Below, piece by piece: positions 34,353 through 44,050 of a stretch of DNA of 64,000 bases. This DNA is from an uncultured Bacilli bacterium (lineage in GTDB: Bacteria; Bacillota_I; Bacilli_A; RF39; UBA660): assembly GCA_910583685.1 (NCBI GenBank), contig CAJTXY010000003.1, positions 1,504 through 65,503 of the forward strand, read 5' to 3'. Within the stretch, counting starts at the first letter, position 1. Each line of letters opens with the position of its first letter. The translations under genes and the position numbers were made by a program. Below the pieces are notes generated by a model that ran no database searches, was not told the DNA's origin, and worked only from the letters and a program-made list of their open reading frames with translations.

Positions 34353-36458
34353 ATGAGAGAAAAAATCATAGAAGTACTAAAAGCTGAGAATCGGGCAATC
34401 AATATTTTTGATATGTGTGATCTACTTGGTATGAGTAGTGTTGATGATATGAAAGTATTGCTTCAGGAGTTAGAGAAACTCGAGGAGGATGCTACTGTTT
34501 ATCATACAAATAAAGATAGGTATATGTTAACTGAGAATAGTCATTTGAAAAAAGGAATTATGCGTGCTAATAAAAAAGGCTTTGGCTTTGTTGATGTTGA
34601 GGATCTTGATGATGATATATATGTTAGTAAGGATAATATGAATGGTGCTATTCATGATGATACTGTTTTAGTAGAGATTACTAGTAAGATGAATATTGAT
34701 CGCCTAGAGGGTAGAGTTTTAAGAATTCTTCATCGTGCGGCAACTCATTATATTGGCGAGATTAATTTTTCCCATAATAAGGGCTATGTTTCTTTGGATG
34801 ATGCAAAAATTAATTTAAAAATAGAGGTAGCAAGGGAAGATTCGCTTAATGCTGTAGATGGACATAAGGTGGTAGTATCATTAGGCAGAAAGTTAGATAA
34901 TCACGGAAGATATTCTGGAAAAGTAGAAGAGATTATTGGACATAAGAATGATCCTGGTGTTGATATTTTGTCTATTGTTTATAAATATAATATTCCAACA
35001 GAGTTTAGTGAGGAAGTCAAGCAGGAGGTTTCTTCTATGCCAATGGAAGTTTTAGAAAGTGATCTTCCAGGTAGAAGAGATTTACGAGATATGGAGATCT
35101 TTACTATTGATGGAGATGATACTAAAGATATTGATGATGCTATTTCGATTGAAGAACTTTCTAATGGTCATTATAAATTGGGGGTTCATATTGCAGATGT
35201 TTCCTATTATGTTAAAGAAGGAAGTCCTTTAGATATTGAGGCGATGGAGAGAGGAACTAGTGTTTATTTAGTAGATCGTGTTATTCCAATGCTACCTCAT
35301 GAACTTTCTAACGGAATTTGTTCATTAAATCCAAATGTGGACAGGCTTGCTATTTCTTGTATGATGGAGTTTGATTCTGATGGAAAGCAAGTTGATTATG
35401 AAATTTTTGAGAGTGTGATATGTTCTCGCAAGCAGATGACCTATAAAAATGTTAATCTTATTTTAGAGAAGAATGAAATACCAGAGGATTATTCAGAATT
35501 TGCTGAGTCTATTTATAAAATGGGGCAACTTGCTAAAATTTTACGGAAAGCGAAAGAAAAGCGTGGATATATTGATTTTGAAGTAGATGAAGCAAAAATT
35601 TTAGTAGATGAAAATTGTAAACCTACTACTATTGTTCTTCGTGATCGTGGACTTGGAGAGATGTTAATTGAGGACTTTATGATTGCAGCGAATGAGTGTG
35701 TGGCTAGCCATATTTTCTATATGGAACTTCCTTTTATTTACCGAATTCATGAGTATCCAAAGGAGGAGAAAATTCGTAGTTACTTGAGTTTTATTGGGAC
35801 ACTTGGGTATCAGATTCCTGGAAATATTAAAGATACAAGGCCAAAAACGATTCAAAATTTAGTAAATTTTTTGAGTGATAAAAAAGAATTTAAGATTTTA
35901 TCCAGTTTACTTCTTCGTAGTATGCAAAAGGCAGTTTACAAAGAGGAAAATTTAGGACATTATGGACTTGCTAGTCCGTGTTATACACATTTTACGTCAC
36001 CAATTAGGAGATATCCTGATACAACGGTGCATCGCTTGCTTAGAACTTATCTTTTTAAAGGGGATATTTCGGCAAGATCTCGTAGTCACTGGGAACAGAA
36101 GTTGGTCTACATTGCAGAGCATTCTTCATCGAGGGAACGTGCTAGCGTTGATTGTGAGAGAGAAGTTGAAGATATGAAGATGGCTGAGTATATGGAGGAA
36201 CATATTGGGGAAGAATATGAAGGAATGATTTGTTCTGTTATGAGTTTTGGAATGTTTATTCAGCTTGATAATTTGATTGAAGGTTTGGTCCCTATTCGAG
36301 ATATGCTTGACTTTTTCCACTATGATGAGGAGAGAATGACATTGACTGGAGAGAGAAGTCATATCACTTATACGATTGGGGAACGTGTTTTAGTAAAGGT
36401 AGTTCGTGCCAGTAAAGAGGAGAAGACTATTGATTTTGAAATAATAAAGAAGGTGTAG
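34353..36458 (+). CDS. rnr: Ribonuclease R.
   Basis: RNB domain and C-terminal S1 domain. Sits beside smpB as in Bacillus. Confidence 0.9.
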   Translation: MREKIIEVLKAENRAINIFDMCDLLGMSSVDDMKVLLQELEKLEEDATVYHTNKDRYMLTENSHLKKGIMRANKKGFGFVDVEDLDDDIYVSKDNMNGAIHDDTVLVEITSKMNIDRLEGRVLRILHRAATHYIGEINFSHNKGYVSLDDAKINLKIEVAREDSLNAVDGHKVVVSLGRKLDNHGRYSGKVEEIIGHKNDPGVDILSIVYKYNIPTEFSEEVKQEVSSMPMEVLESDLPGRRDLRDMEIFTIDGDDTKDIDDAISIEELSNGHYKLGVHIADVSYYVKEGSPLDIEAMERGTSVYLVDRVIPMLPHELSNGICSLNPNVDRLAISCMMEFDSDGKQVDYEIFESVICSRKQMTYKNVNLILEKNEIPEDYSEFAESIYKMGQLAKILRKAKEKRGYIDFEVDEAKILVDENCKPTTIVLRDRGLGEMLIEDFMIAANECVASHIFYMELPFIYRIHEYPKEEKIRSYLSFIGTLGYQIPGNIKDTRPKTIQNLVNFLSDKKEFKILSSLLLRSMQKAVYKEENLGHYGLASPCYTHFTSPIRRYPDTTVHRLLRTYLFKGDISARSRSHWEQKLVYIAEHSSSRERASVDCEREVEDMKMAEYMEEHIGEEYEGMICSVMSFGMFIQLDNLIEGLVPIRDMLDFFHYDEERMTLTGERSHITYTIGERVLVKVVRASKEEKTIDFEIIKKV

Positions 36459-36462
36459 TATT

Positions 36463-37653
36463 ATGGCCAAAAGAAGTGGTAAGAAAAAGAAATTAGAAAT
36501 ATCAGTGAGAGTTTTGACAGTCATTGCACTGTCGTTGGTTGCAGTTGGTATTTCTATACAAGCTTACTCTTCTTTGTCGCCAAAGGAAGTAGTTGTTCAA
36601 AAGAAGCCTAAGCAGGAAGTAGAAAAGGAAGAGAAAAAAGAGTATTATGCTAGTATGGTAATGGTTGGGGATGCTTTGATCCATAATTCTTTATATATAG
36701 ATGCAAAACAGGCAGATGGTAGTTATGATTTTAAACCAATGTTAGAATTAACAAAACCAATTACTAGTAAGTATGACCTTGCTTATTATAATCAGGAGAC
36801 TGTTTTAGGTGGTACCAAGCTTGGGCTTTCTAGTTATCCTAGGTTTAATTCTCCACAAGAAGTTGGAGATGCTTTTATTGATTCTGGTTTTAATTTAGTG
36901 AGTCTTGCAACTAATCATACGATGGATTGTGGAGAGAAGGCTGTTTTGGCAGGATTAGAATATTGGAACAGTAAGGAAGGTGTGGTTACAGCAGGAAGTT
37001 ATACTTCGTTTGAAGAGAGAGATAAGCCTAGAATTTATGAGATAAATGGTATAAAATATGCTTTTTTTTCTTATACAACTTGGACGAATGGTTTGGTACC
37101 GCCTACTGGAAAAGAGTATTTGAATAATGTTTATTCTGATGAGCTTGCCAAGTTGGATATTGAAAGAGTTCGTGATCAGGTGGATGTTGTGATGGTTGCA
37201 ATGCATTGGGGGACAGAATATTCTTTGGGTGTTAGTGAAGAGCAAGAAAAAATTGCCCATTATTTATCAGATTTGGGTGTTGATATTATTATTGGAGCTC
37301 ATCCTCATGTTGTAGAGCCTGTTGAGTATATTGGAAAAACACTGGTTATTTATTCCTTGGGTAATTATATTTCTGCACAGGATACAGTGGAAAAGCTAAC
37401 TGGTCTTATGATGTCTGTTGATATAAAAAAGACTGTCGATAATGGGGTTACTACTGTTTCTGTTGAGAACCCAAAAGCGGAGCTTCTCTATACTAAATTT
37501 AATTTACGTGGAAAGTTTAATTTTAAGGTTTATCCTTATAGTCAGCTTAATAATATGATTCTTCCTAATTATCGAAGTTATTATGAAAAATATAAAGCAA
37601 TTGTTACACAAAGATATCCAGATTTAGCATTTAGTGAATTAGCAGGGGAGTGA
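36463..37653 (+). CDS. CapA/PgsA-family metallophosphatase-like membrane-anchored protein.
   Basis: N-terminal TM segment and CapA-type block [11 protein letters not shown]. Confidence 0.7.
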   Translation: MAKRSGKKKKLEISVRVLTVIALSLVAVGISIQAYSSLSPKEVVVQKKPKQEVEKEEKKEYYASMVMVGDALIHNSLYIDAKQADGSYDFKPMLELTKPITSKYDLAYYNQETVLGGTKLGLSSYPRFNSPQEVGDAFIDSGFNLVSLATNHTMDCGEKAVLAGLEYWNSKEGVVTAGSYTSFEERDKPRIYEINGIKYAFFSYTTWTNGLVPPTGKEYLNNVYSDELAKLDIERVRDQVDVVMVAMHWGTEYSLGVSEEQEKIAHYLSDLGVDIIIGAHPHVVEPVEYIGKTLVIYSLGNYISAQDTVEKLTGLMMSVDIKKTVDNGVTTVSVENPKAELLYTKFNLRGKFNFKVYPYSQLNNMILPNYRSYYEKYKAIVTQRYPDLAFSELAGE

Positions 37654-37657
37654 TAGA

Positions 37658-38107
37658 ATGGAAATTTTAAATCGAAAAGCAAGGCATGACTATTTCATAG
37701 AGGAAACCTTTGAGGCTGGTATTGCTCTTACTGGTACAGAAATTAAATCGATCCGGAATGGTTCTGCTAATATTAAAGATAGTTATGCTATTATTAAATC
37801 TGATGAGGTCTTTCTTCTTAATATGTTTATTTCACCATATAAAGAGGGAAATCAGTTTAATCATACGGAGAGAAGAACACGTAAACTTTTACTTCATAAA
37901 AAGGAGATAAAAAAATTAAAAGAGAAAATCGAAATGCAGGGTTTTACTCTTGTTCCTCTTAAAGTTTATTTTAAAAATAATAAAGCCAAAATCTTGCTTG
38001 GACTTTGTCGTGGTAAGAAGAATTATGATAAACGTGAGTCGATTAAAGAGCGTGATCAAAAGAGGGAAATGCAAAAAATGAGCAAGTACAAAAACCAATA
38101 TTTGTAA
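37658..38107 (+). CDS. smpB: SsrA-binding protein.
   Basis: 149 aa with a conserved C-terminal basic tail. Confidence 0.9.
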   Translation: MEILNRKARHDYFIEETFEAGIALTGTEIKSIRNGSANIKDSYAIIKSDEVFLLNMFISPYKEGNQFNHTERRTRKLLLHKKEIKKLKEKIEMQGFTLVPLKVYFKNNKAKILLGLCRGKKNYDKRESIKERDQKREMQKMSKYKNQYL

Positions 38108-38108
38108 A

Positions 38109-38137
38109 TTGCTTTTTCTTTTTTTTTATGATATAAT
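38109..38137 (+). promoter_or_regulatory. Promoter for tmRNA (TTGCTT-18-TGaTATAAT, extended -10).
   Basis: The TSS would fall at about 38150, matching the tmRNA 5' end. Confidence 0.5.
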
Positions 38138-38149
38138 TTAGAACAAGTC

Positions 38150-38495
38150 GGGGATGATATGGTTTCGACGGGAACATTTGACTAGTAGATGGCAAGTCGT
38201 AGGCTTACGTTACAAGCAAAATTAAATATAACTGGAAACAGTAATCAATTAGCTTTCGCTTAATAATTTAGGAAGCATCTTATCTTACTTTTCTCTACGG
38301 AGTAAGAATAGGATTCATTTTAGTAGAGTATATTCTAAATTTGTCTAAGATTTAGGATGAATTATATTAGACTAGTTTACTTTTTGAGTCGTTAACTACT
38401 TTGGAAGTAAGCGAATTTTTATTAGTTAACTAAGCTTGTAGAAGTTTACTTTGTCTGGTTTTCGGACAGGAGTTCGATTCTCCTCATCTCCACCA
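38150..38495 (+). ncRNA. ssrA: tmRNA (SsrA). The predicted tag peptide is AKLNITGNSNQLAFA followed by a double stop.
   Basis: GGGGAUG... 5' end and ...GGAGUUCGAUUCUCCUCAUCUCCACCA 3' tRNA-like end. The GCA resume codon and tag ORF end in TAATAA. Confidence 0.85.
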
Positions 38496-38539
38496 TTGAG
38501 TAATCTTTTCTAACTTTTGTTAGATTAGAACATATAGTA

Positions 38540-38566
38540 TCAACTTCAAAAGAAGTTGACTTTTTG
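38540..38566 (+). terminator. Intrinsic terminator after tmRNA.
   Basis: tcaacttc-aaaa-gaagttga followed by CTTTTTG. Confidence 0.6.
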
Positions 38567-38638
38567 TATTTATGAAAATATAGGAAAAAATTAGGTTTTA
38601 TAGTATAATACTAATCGAATTAATTTTGGGGGATTAAA

Positions 38639-40103
38639 ATGAAGTTATATATACAGGCAATTAAATTATTATTTAATAAGTTTATACTAAGAAGAAATAA
38701 TGGAATAATTATTAAGGATTTTTCTGAAAAAATGGGTGTAGTTTATATTAAATTGGCTCAAATGTTAGCAACTCAGAATTTTGGTAATTTGTTTACTGAA
38801 AAAGATAGACAGATATTATCAAGCATTTGTGATAATTGTAATCCTATTAGTTATGATGAAATTGAAGAAATATTAAAACAAGAGTATGGAACTAATTTGG
38901 AAAATATATTTAGGTTTATTGAGCATAAACCAGTTGGAGCTGCATCTGTGTCACAAGTGCATAGAGCAATACTTAAAACTGGTGAAGAAGTAGCAATAAA
39001 AATTAAAAGAAAAGATATTACAAGAACAATAGATGAAGATATAAAACGAATAAAAAAAATTGTGCATAGATTTGGTAGGTTTGTAAATTTTAGTAATTTT
39101 ACTGGGGGATCACGCATTAGATTTATATTTAGAGTGGATAGAACAAGAAACTGATTTTGCATATGAAAAAGAAAACATAAAAATATATCAAAATTTTGCA
39201 GATAGTGTTAATGGGAAAGTAAATGGTACTAAAAAAATTAAAGTTCCTAGATTATATGAAGAATATTGTACTGATAATGTAATTGTTATGGAATTTATAA
39301 CAATTCAAACTGTTAATAAAATGGAATTAACTGATGAAAATAAAACTAGGATTACTACTGCTTTAAATAGTTATATTAGGTCAAGTTTTTGGGCATTGTT
39401 TAATGATAAGCAAATAGTTTTTCATGGAGATCCGCATAGCGGGAATATTTGTATAGATGAAGACGACAATATTTGCTTTTTAGATATGGGACTATTATGT
39501 GCGTTAAGTGATAGTGATGCTAAACTATGTAGAAATTTCTTTTTAACAGTATACTCTGGAAATTACGAAAAATTGTATGATATGCTAGTTTCTTATGGAG
39601 ATATGAGCGAAGAAAAAAAGAAGTTATTTAAAGAAGATTGCAAGAAGTATTGTGAAGATATAAAGAAGAAAGAGGTTACTTATTATTTTATCGATATGGT
39701 CAATGTTTGTTTAAACTATGAATTTGTTCCTCCTAATTTTCTATTTAATATGGCTAAGGCGTTTTTTTGTTTAAATGGTATTAGTAATTTTTCCGATAAC
39801 AAATGTAGTGCAAGGGAATTATTACAAGATCAAACAATGGAGTTTTTAGTTAAAAGAAGTCTAAAAGATTGCAAAGGAATTGTAATAGATAGTCTACATA
39901 TTGCTCCAAAGGTATTAGAAGATATCTCACAATATGGGGTAGTCAATACTATTGCAAACGTAGCGGCTAGTAGTGAAATAAAAAGCGATATAAGACAATC
40001 CTTAGAAAATTTAAGGGAAATGATAGATTTAATTAAACTATCTTTTGGTGATGAAATCCCAGTACAGCCAGACCAAGCACAACAAAGAACAAAGCATTTG
40101 TAA
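38639..40103 (+). pseudogene. UbiB/ABC1 (AarF) atypical kinase gene broken by a +1 frameshift at a G5 tract (39104-39108). It is split into ORFs 38639-39154 and 39288-40103.
   Basis: Deleting one G restores a continuous reading ...FTGDHALDLYLEWIEQETDFAYEKENIKIYQNF...VPRLYEEYCTDNVIVMEFI..., which matches conserved ABC1 blocks. The two pieces together are about 490 aa. Confidence 0.65.
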
Positions 40104-40305
40104 AATTACTATAAGTAGAATAAAATTATTGCTACTTTTTTCATATTTTAGAAGGGGCATTAAAAAAAGTATTAAAGATATTATAATATATAAAAGTGGC
40201 TATTCCTTTTTACTGGGATTATAGATTTTGAATGTTAATAAGCATTGCTTGTAGCAATGGATCATTCTTTATATAATAGTTTGTAAAGAAAGGAGTTGTT
40301 CTAAA

Positions 40306-40815
40306 GTGTTAAAGGAAAATATTAAATCATTAAGAAAATCCAGAGGACTTTCACAGGAAGAGCTCGCAATTCAGTTAAATGTGGTGAGACAAACAATTTC
40401 TAAATGGGAGCAGGGGTTGTCAGTTCCTGATGCAGAGATGTTAATCTCGATATCAGAGGTTTTTGAAACACCAGTAAGTACTTTACTTGGAGAAGATATT
40501 TCTGAGTCTAGAGTGGATGATTTAAAAGTAATTTCTGAAAAATTAGAGATAATAAACTTACAATTATCTCAAGAAAGAAGCGTAAGAAGAAAGATGATTT
40601 ATTGGTTACTAATTTCCTTATGTGTAATTACCATAATAATTTTCGCTGTTTTTCTCTTATTAAATAGTCCATATTTAAATTGGAATTATAATGATCCTGA
40701 AAATGCTGTTTTAGGAGTTGCTTTTCATTCGTTTGAGTGGTTATTTTTTAGGGTGGCACCAATTTTTCTTATTATATCAGTTGTTGGGATTGTACTTATT
40801 CGAAAGAAAATTTAA
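40306..40815 (+). CDS. XRE-family HTH transcriptional regulator with C-terminal TM helices.
   Basis: The N-terminus LSQEELAIQLNVVRQTISKWE is a Cro/C1 HTH. Two hydrophobic helices lie in the C-terminal half. Confidence 0.7.
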   Translation: MLKENIKSLRKSRGLSQEELAIQLNVVRQTISKWEQGLSVPDAEMLISISEVFETPVSTLLGEDISESRVDDLKVISEKLEIINLQLSQERSVRRKMIYWLLISLCVITIIIFAVFLLLNSPYLNWNYNDPENAVLGVAFHSFEWLFFRVAPIFLIISVVGIVLIRKKI

Positions 40816-41312
40816 GATTGTTTGTGGTACAAATTAGAAGTTATCAAGAGAGGGATAAATATGAATAAAAAAGAGTTTAAGAAAAAATGTAAACAAGAAA
40901 AAACTACAAGTTATAAATTAATGCTATTAGGAGAGGTAATATCTATAATAGGCTTAATCGTTGTTCTATTTACCACTTTTCATTATTAAAGATTTTATAC
41001 CACAAATTGTTTTGCTTGTAATCGGAGGAATAATTGCATTTATTGGAATGATATTAGATTTAATAGGAGAGATAATTTTAACTAAGAATTATAAAGAGTA
41101 TAATAAATAAAACTTAATGATGGAAAACTCTATAGATAATGTTAGAGGCTAAGCCTTAATACGTAGTTTCGAATGTAGTTTTCTATATCAAACAGATAGT
41201 AATCTCGGACTTTTAAAATTTATAGTTCGAGTTTTAATGTGGTATAATAAAAAAGAAAAAAGTATTAACCTAATAAGCTTTTTATGCTATACTATTTTTA
41301 TAAAACAAATAT

Positions 41313-41388
41313 GCCGATTTAGCTCAGTTGGTAGAGCAACGCCCTCGTAACGCGTAGGTCGAAGGTTCAAGTCCTTTAGTCGGCACCA
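41313..41388 (+). tRNA. tRNA-Thr (anticodon CGU).
   Basis: Cloverleaf: acceptor GCCGATT/AGTCGGC, D-arm GCTC/GAGC, anticodon loop CUCGUAA, T-arm GAAGG/CCTTT, CCA encoded. A TGgTATAAT extended -10 lies at 41240-41248. Confidence 0.85.
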
Positions 41389-41425
41389 GATTGATAGGAA
41401 ACTCGAACTTCGAGTAGCAATAGAA

Positions 41426-41450
41426 AACGACTTGTCAAAAAGTCGTTTTT
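41426..41450 (+). terminator. Intrinsic terminator after tRNA-Thr.
   Basis: aacgactt-gtcaaa-aagtcgtt followed by TTT. Confidence 0.6.
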
Positions 41451-41576
41451 ATGTTATTATGAATATGTCAAGGAAACTTGCATAAAATAAAAAAGGAACA
41501 TTCAATATGCCAGTGTTGAGTGTTGCCATTTAATTGGTTACCACCTAAATCATTGGATGAGTTAGGTGGATTTCTT

Positions 41577-41660
41577 TTATATTAAAGTTATGAATAACAA
41601 TAATAGTAAAAGGAAGATAATAATTACTAGAGCAAAGATTAGTAAATCTTTCTTGTTCAT
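41577..41660 (-). CDS. 27-aa hydrophobic peptide (MNKKDLLIFALVIIIFLLLLLLFITLI). Type I toxin-like or small membrane peptide candidate.
   Basis: RBS GGGAGG 7 nt upstream of the ATG. A minus-strand TTGTTA-17-TATAAT promoter lies at about 41713-41741. It is below the ORF-track size cut-off. Confidence 0.35.
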   Translation of the reverse strand: MNKKDLLIFALVIIIFLLLLLLFITLI

Positions 41661-41835
41661 TGTATCGCCTCCCTTCTTTATGAAGTTTGGCTCCACCCAA
41701 CTTATTAAATGTTCCTAAAATGATTATAGCAAACATTAGTTTTAGTAACAAGAATTTTTCTACTAAATTATGCCAATTTAGTAAACACACTTGTATATTG
41801 TCAAAAACAATATACTATACGATGAGGGATTATTT

Positions 41836-42639
41836 ATGAAATTAAAAGTATTAGAAGATAATAATACATTCATTGATATGTATTATTTAGCAGAACCAGG
41901 AGTAAGTTATTATATTGAAGATGGCAATGAAAAAATATTATTTGACACAGGATACTCAACTGTTATTATAGAAAATGCAAAGAAAATGAATATTAATTTG
42001 AATGATGTTAACAAATTAGTTATATCACATGGTCATGATGATCATACTGGTGGTTTAATACATTTTTTTGAAGAAAAAAGAACTATTGAGTTAATTGCTC
42101 ATCCAGAATGTTTTGATTATAAAGAAGACTCAACTGGCTTATATATTGGAAGTCCTTTATCTAAGGAAGAACTATCAAAAGTTTGTCAATTAAATTTATC
42201 TAAAAAACCAGTTCAAATTAGCGAACATATTACCTATTTAGGAGAGATTCCTATTTTGAATGATTTTGAACAGAGATATTCAATTGGAAAAAGTATTGTT
42301 AATGGAGAAAAAATTGATGATACAATAAACGATGATTCAGCAATTGTTTATAAAAGTGAAAAAGGTTTATTTGTTATAACAGGATGTTCTCATAGTGGAA
42401 TTTGCAATATAATAGAATACGCTAAAAAAGTTTGTAATGACGGTAGAATATATGGAGTTATTGGTGGATTTCATTTATTTGATGTAAATGAAAGGTTAGA
42501 AAAAACTATAGATTATTTAAAAGAAAATAATATCGAATTGTTATATCCATGTCATTGTGTATCTTTAAAAGCAAAAATACAAATGTCAAAAAAATTAGAT
42601 ATCAATGAAGTTGGTGTAGGATTAGAGTTAAATATTTAA
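41836..42639 (+). CDS. MBL-fold metallo-hydrolase.
   Basis: HGHDDHTGG (HxHxDH) motif. The ATG at 41836 follows GATGAGGGA. The ORF-track start at 41791 is probably too long. Confidence 0.75.
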   Translation: MKLKVLEDNNTFIDMYYLAEPGVSYYIEDGNEKILFDTGYSTVIIENAKKMNINLNDVNKLVISHGHDDHTGGLIHFFEEKRTIELIAHPECFDYKEDSTGLYIGSPLSKEELSKVCQLNLSKKPVQISEHITYLGEIPILNDFEQRYSIGKSIVNGEKIDDTINDDSAIVYKSEKGLFVITGCSHSGICNIIEYAKKVCNDGRIYGVIGGFHLFDVNERLEKTIDYLKENNIELLYPCHCVSLKAKIQMSKKLDINEVGVGLELNI

Positions 42640-42822
42640 AAAAGTTATTGTACGTCCTTCTTTAGGGCACCATTGAGGTTTCTGTTCGAACTTTTTCGGA
42701 CATTGATATATATAATATCAGTTAATGTGATTGGTATATTTTATTTCCACAGATAATTTTGTTATACTTGGCAAAATTCCTAGGGGTTAAATATTTTGCC
42801 AAAACAAAATATAGGGGGCTTT

Positions 42823-43425
42823 ATGGGAAAATATAAAATTGGTATGGGACAATATAGTAATGTTATTGAAATAGAAGCTTTTTATGAGTTTTTGTGTACT
42901 AGTTCTTTAGATGATTTAGAGGATATTAGAAAAATGTATATGTGTTATCATAACTTTGCTAATTGTTATATCTATACAATAGTTGAATATGAAGATAAGT
43001 ATAATTATAAAAATGAAAATGGTTGGTCTGATAGAGCTTTTTTAGAAAAAGAACGAAAAAAACGTGAATTAATGATAAGATTAACACATGATTGTTATCT
43101 TGCTATTTTACTTCATAAATTAGACTATGCTAATTATAAAAATATTATTAAAGGTTTGTATGGCTATTTTGAACATAGCGATGCTGAACTAAATCCTCCT
43201 TTACTCGATTATAAAACTAAAGAATATATATTAACAAAAGAACAATATATACAAGGTTTGATAAATGCTCAACATGAATCTACAAATGTAGGAGACTATT
43301 TACATACATCTTCTTTAGGTAGTATAATAGAAATCGAAAAAGAAATAATTAAACCTAATGAAAAAGTAAAATGTTTACGCTTAGATCAACAGATACATTA
43401 TGGTGACTTAAAGATATTTAAATAA
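42823..43425 (+). CDS. Hypothetical protein (orphan). The ORF track opens at 42796.
   Basis: ORF preceded by the AAAATATAGGGGG leader motif. No recognisable domain. Confidence 0.45.
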   Translation: MGKYKIGMGQYSNVIEIEAFYEFLCTSSLDDLEDIRKMYMCYHNFANCYIYTIVEYEDKYNYKNENGWSDRAFLEKERKKRELMIRLTHDCYLAILLHKLDYANYKNIIKGLYGYFEHSDAELNPPLLDYKTKEYILTKEQYIQGLINAQHESTNVGDYLHTSSLGSIIEIEKEIIKPNEKVKCLRLDQQIHYGDLKIFK

Positions 43426-44050
43426 AAAAGTTGTAAATAACTACGTCATTAGCACCATTAAGGTTAAAAGTCGCACTTTAGCGATTAGATATAAATAAAA
43501 TTGTTAATTTTAATAAAACTTTGATCCCATTTTTTGATACTTGTGTCAAAATATATAGGGAGTTAGGATTTGTGACCTTTATTTTGAACTATTAAAAATT
43601 TAATATTATACTGTGTTAGTATAATAATTGTTGTTGGTGTAAGATTGCATTAGTAAATGCACTGTTGGGATTCAGATAAAGGACTGGTCGAAGGTCCTTT
43701 TTATGATACTATGTATCTAGCAAGCGGTAATGTCTAGTTTCGAAGAGTTAGGTGCTATTTCAAAAGGATTTGTTTTAGTACTGTAGGTTGATGCTGTTTT
43801 TATTAGATAAAAACTACAATAGTAGGATTATGATAGTACAAAGATATTTCCTTTTTAAAGTTGAAGGAGAATAGTAGACAACAAACTAATTAAGTATTCC
43901 TAAAGAAATATAAATAATATAAACAAGCGAACATAACAGTATTTATGAGTTCGCCTATATTTTGACAAGATGTTCAAATATATAGGGGGCAACGTTATGG
44001 TAAAATATATTAGAAAAATAAGAAATACAATGTAGATAAGGAGGTAGTAT

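Noticed and set aside
38496-41312. Prophage or integrative element at the tmRNA 3' end.
   Set aside because: No integrase, excisionase, phage structural genes or obvious direct repeat of the tmRNA 3' end were found. The region is only called a decayed accessory stretch.
41545-41790. 81-aa minus-strand ORF from the six-frame track.
   Set aside because: It has no RBS and a low-complexity translation. A different frame on the same strand holds a 27-aa peptide with a perfect RBS and promoter. The long ORF is probably spurious.
42640-43505. Possibility that the repeated 3' flank elements are integron attC sites.
   Set aside because: No RYYYAAC/GTTRRRY core-site pair and no intI nearby. Integrons are very rare in this phylum.
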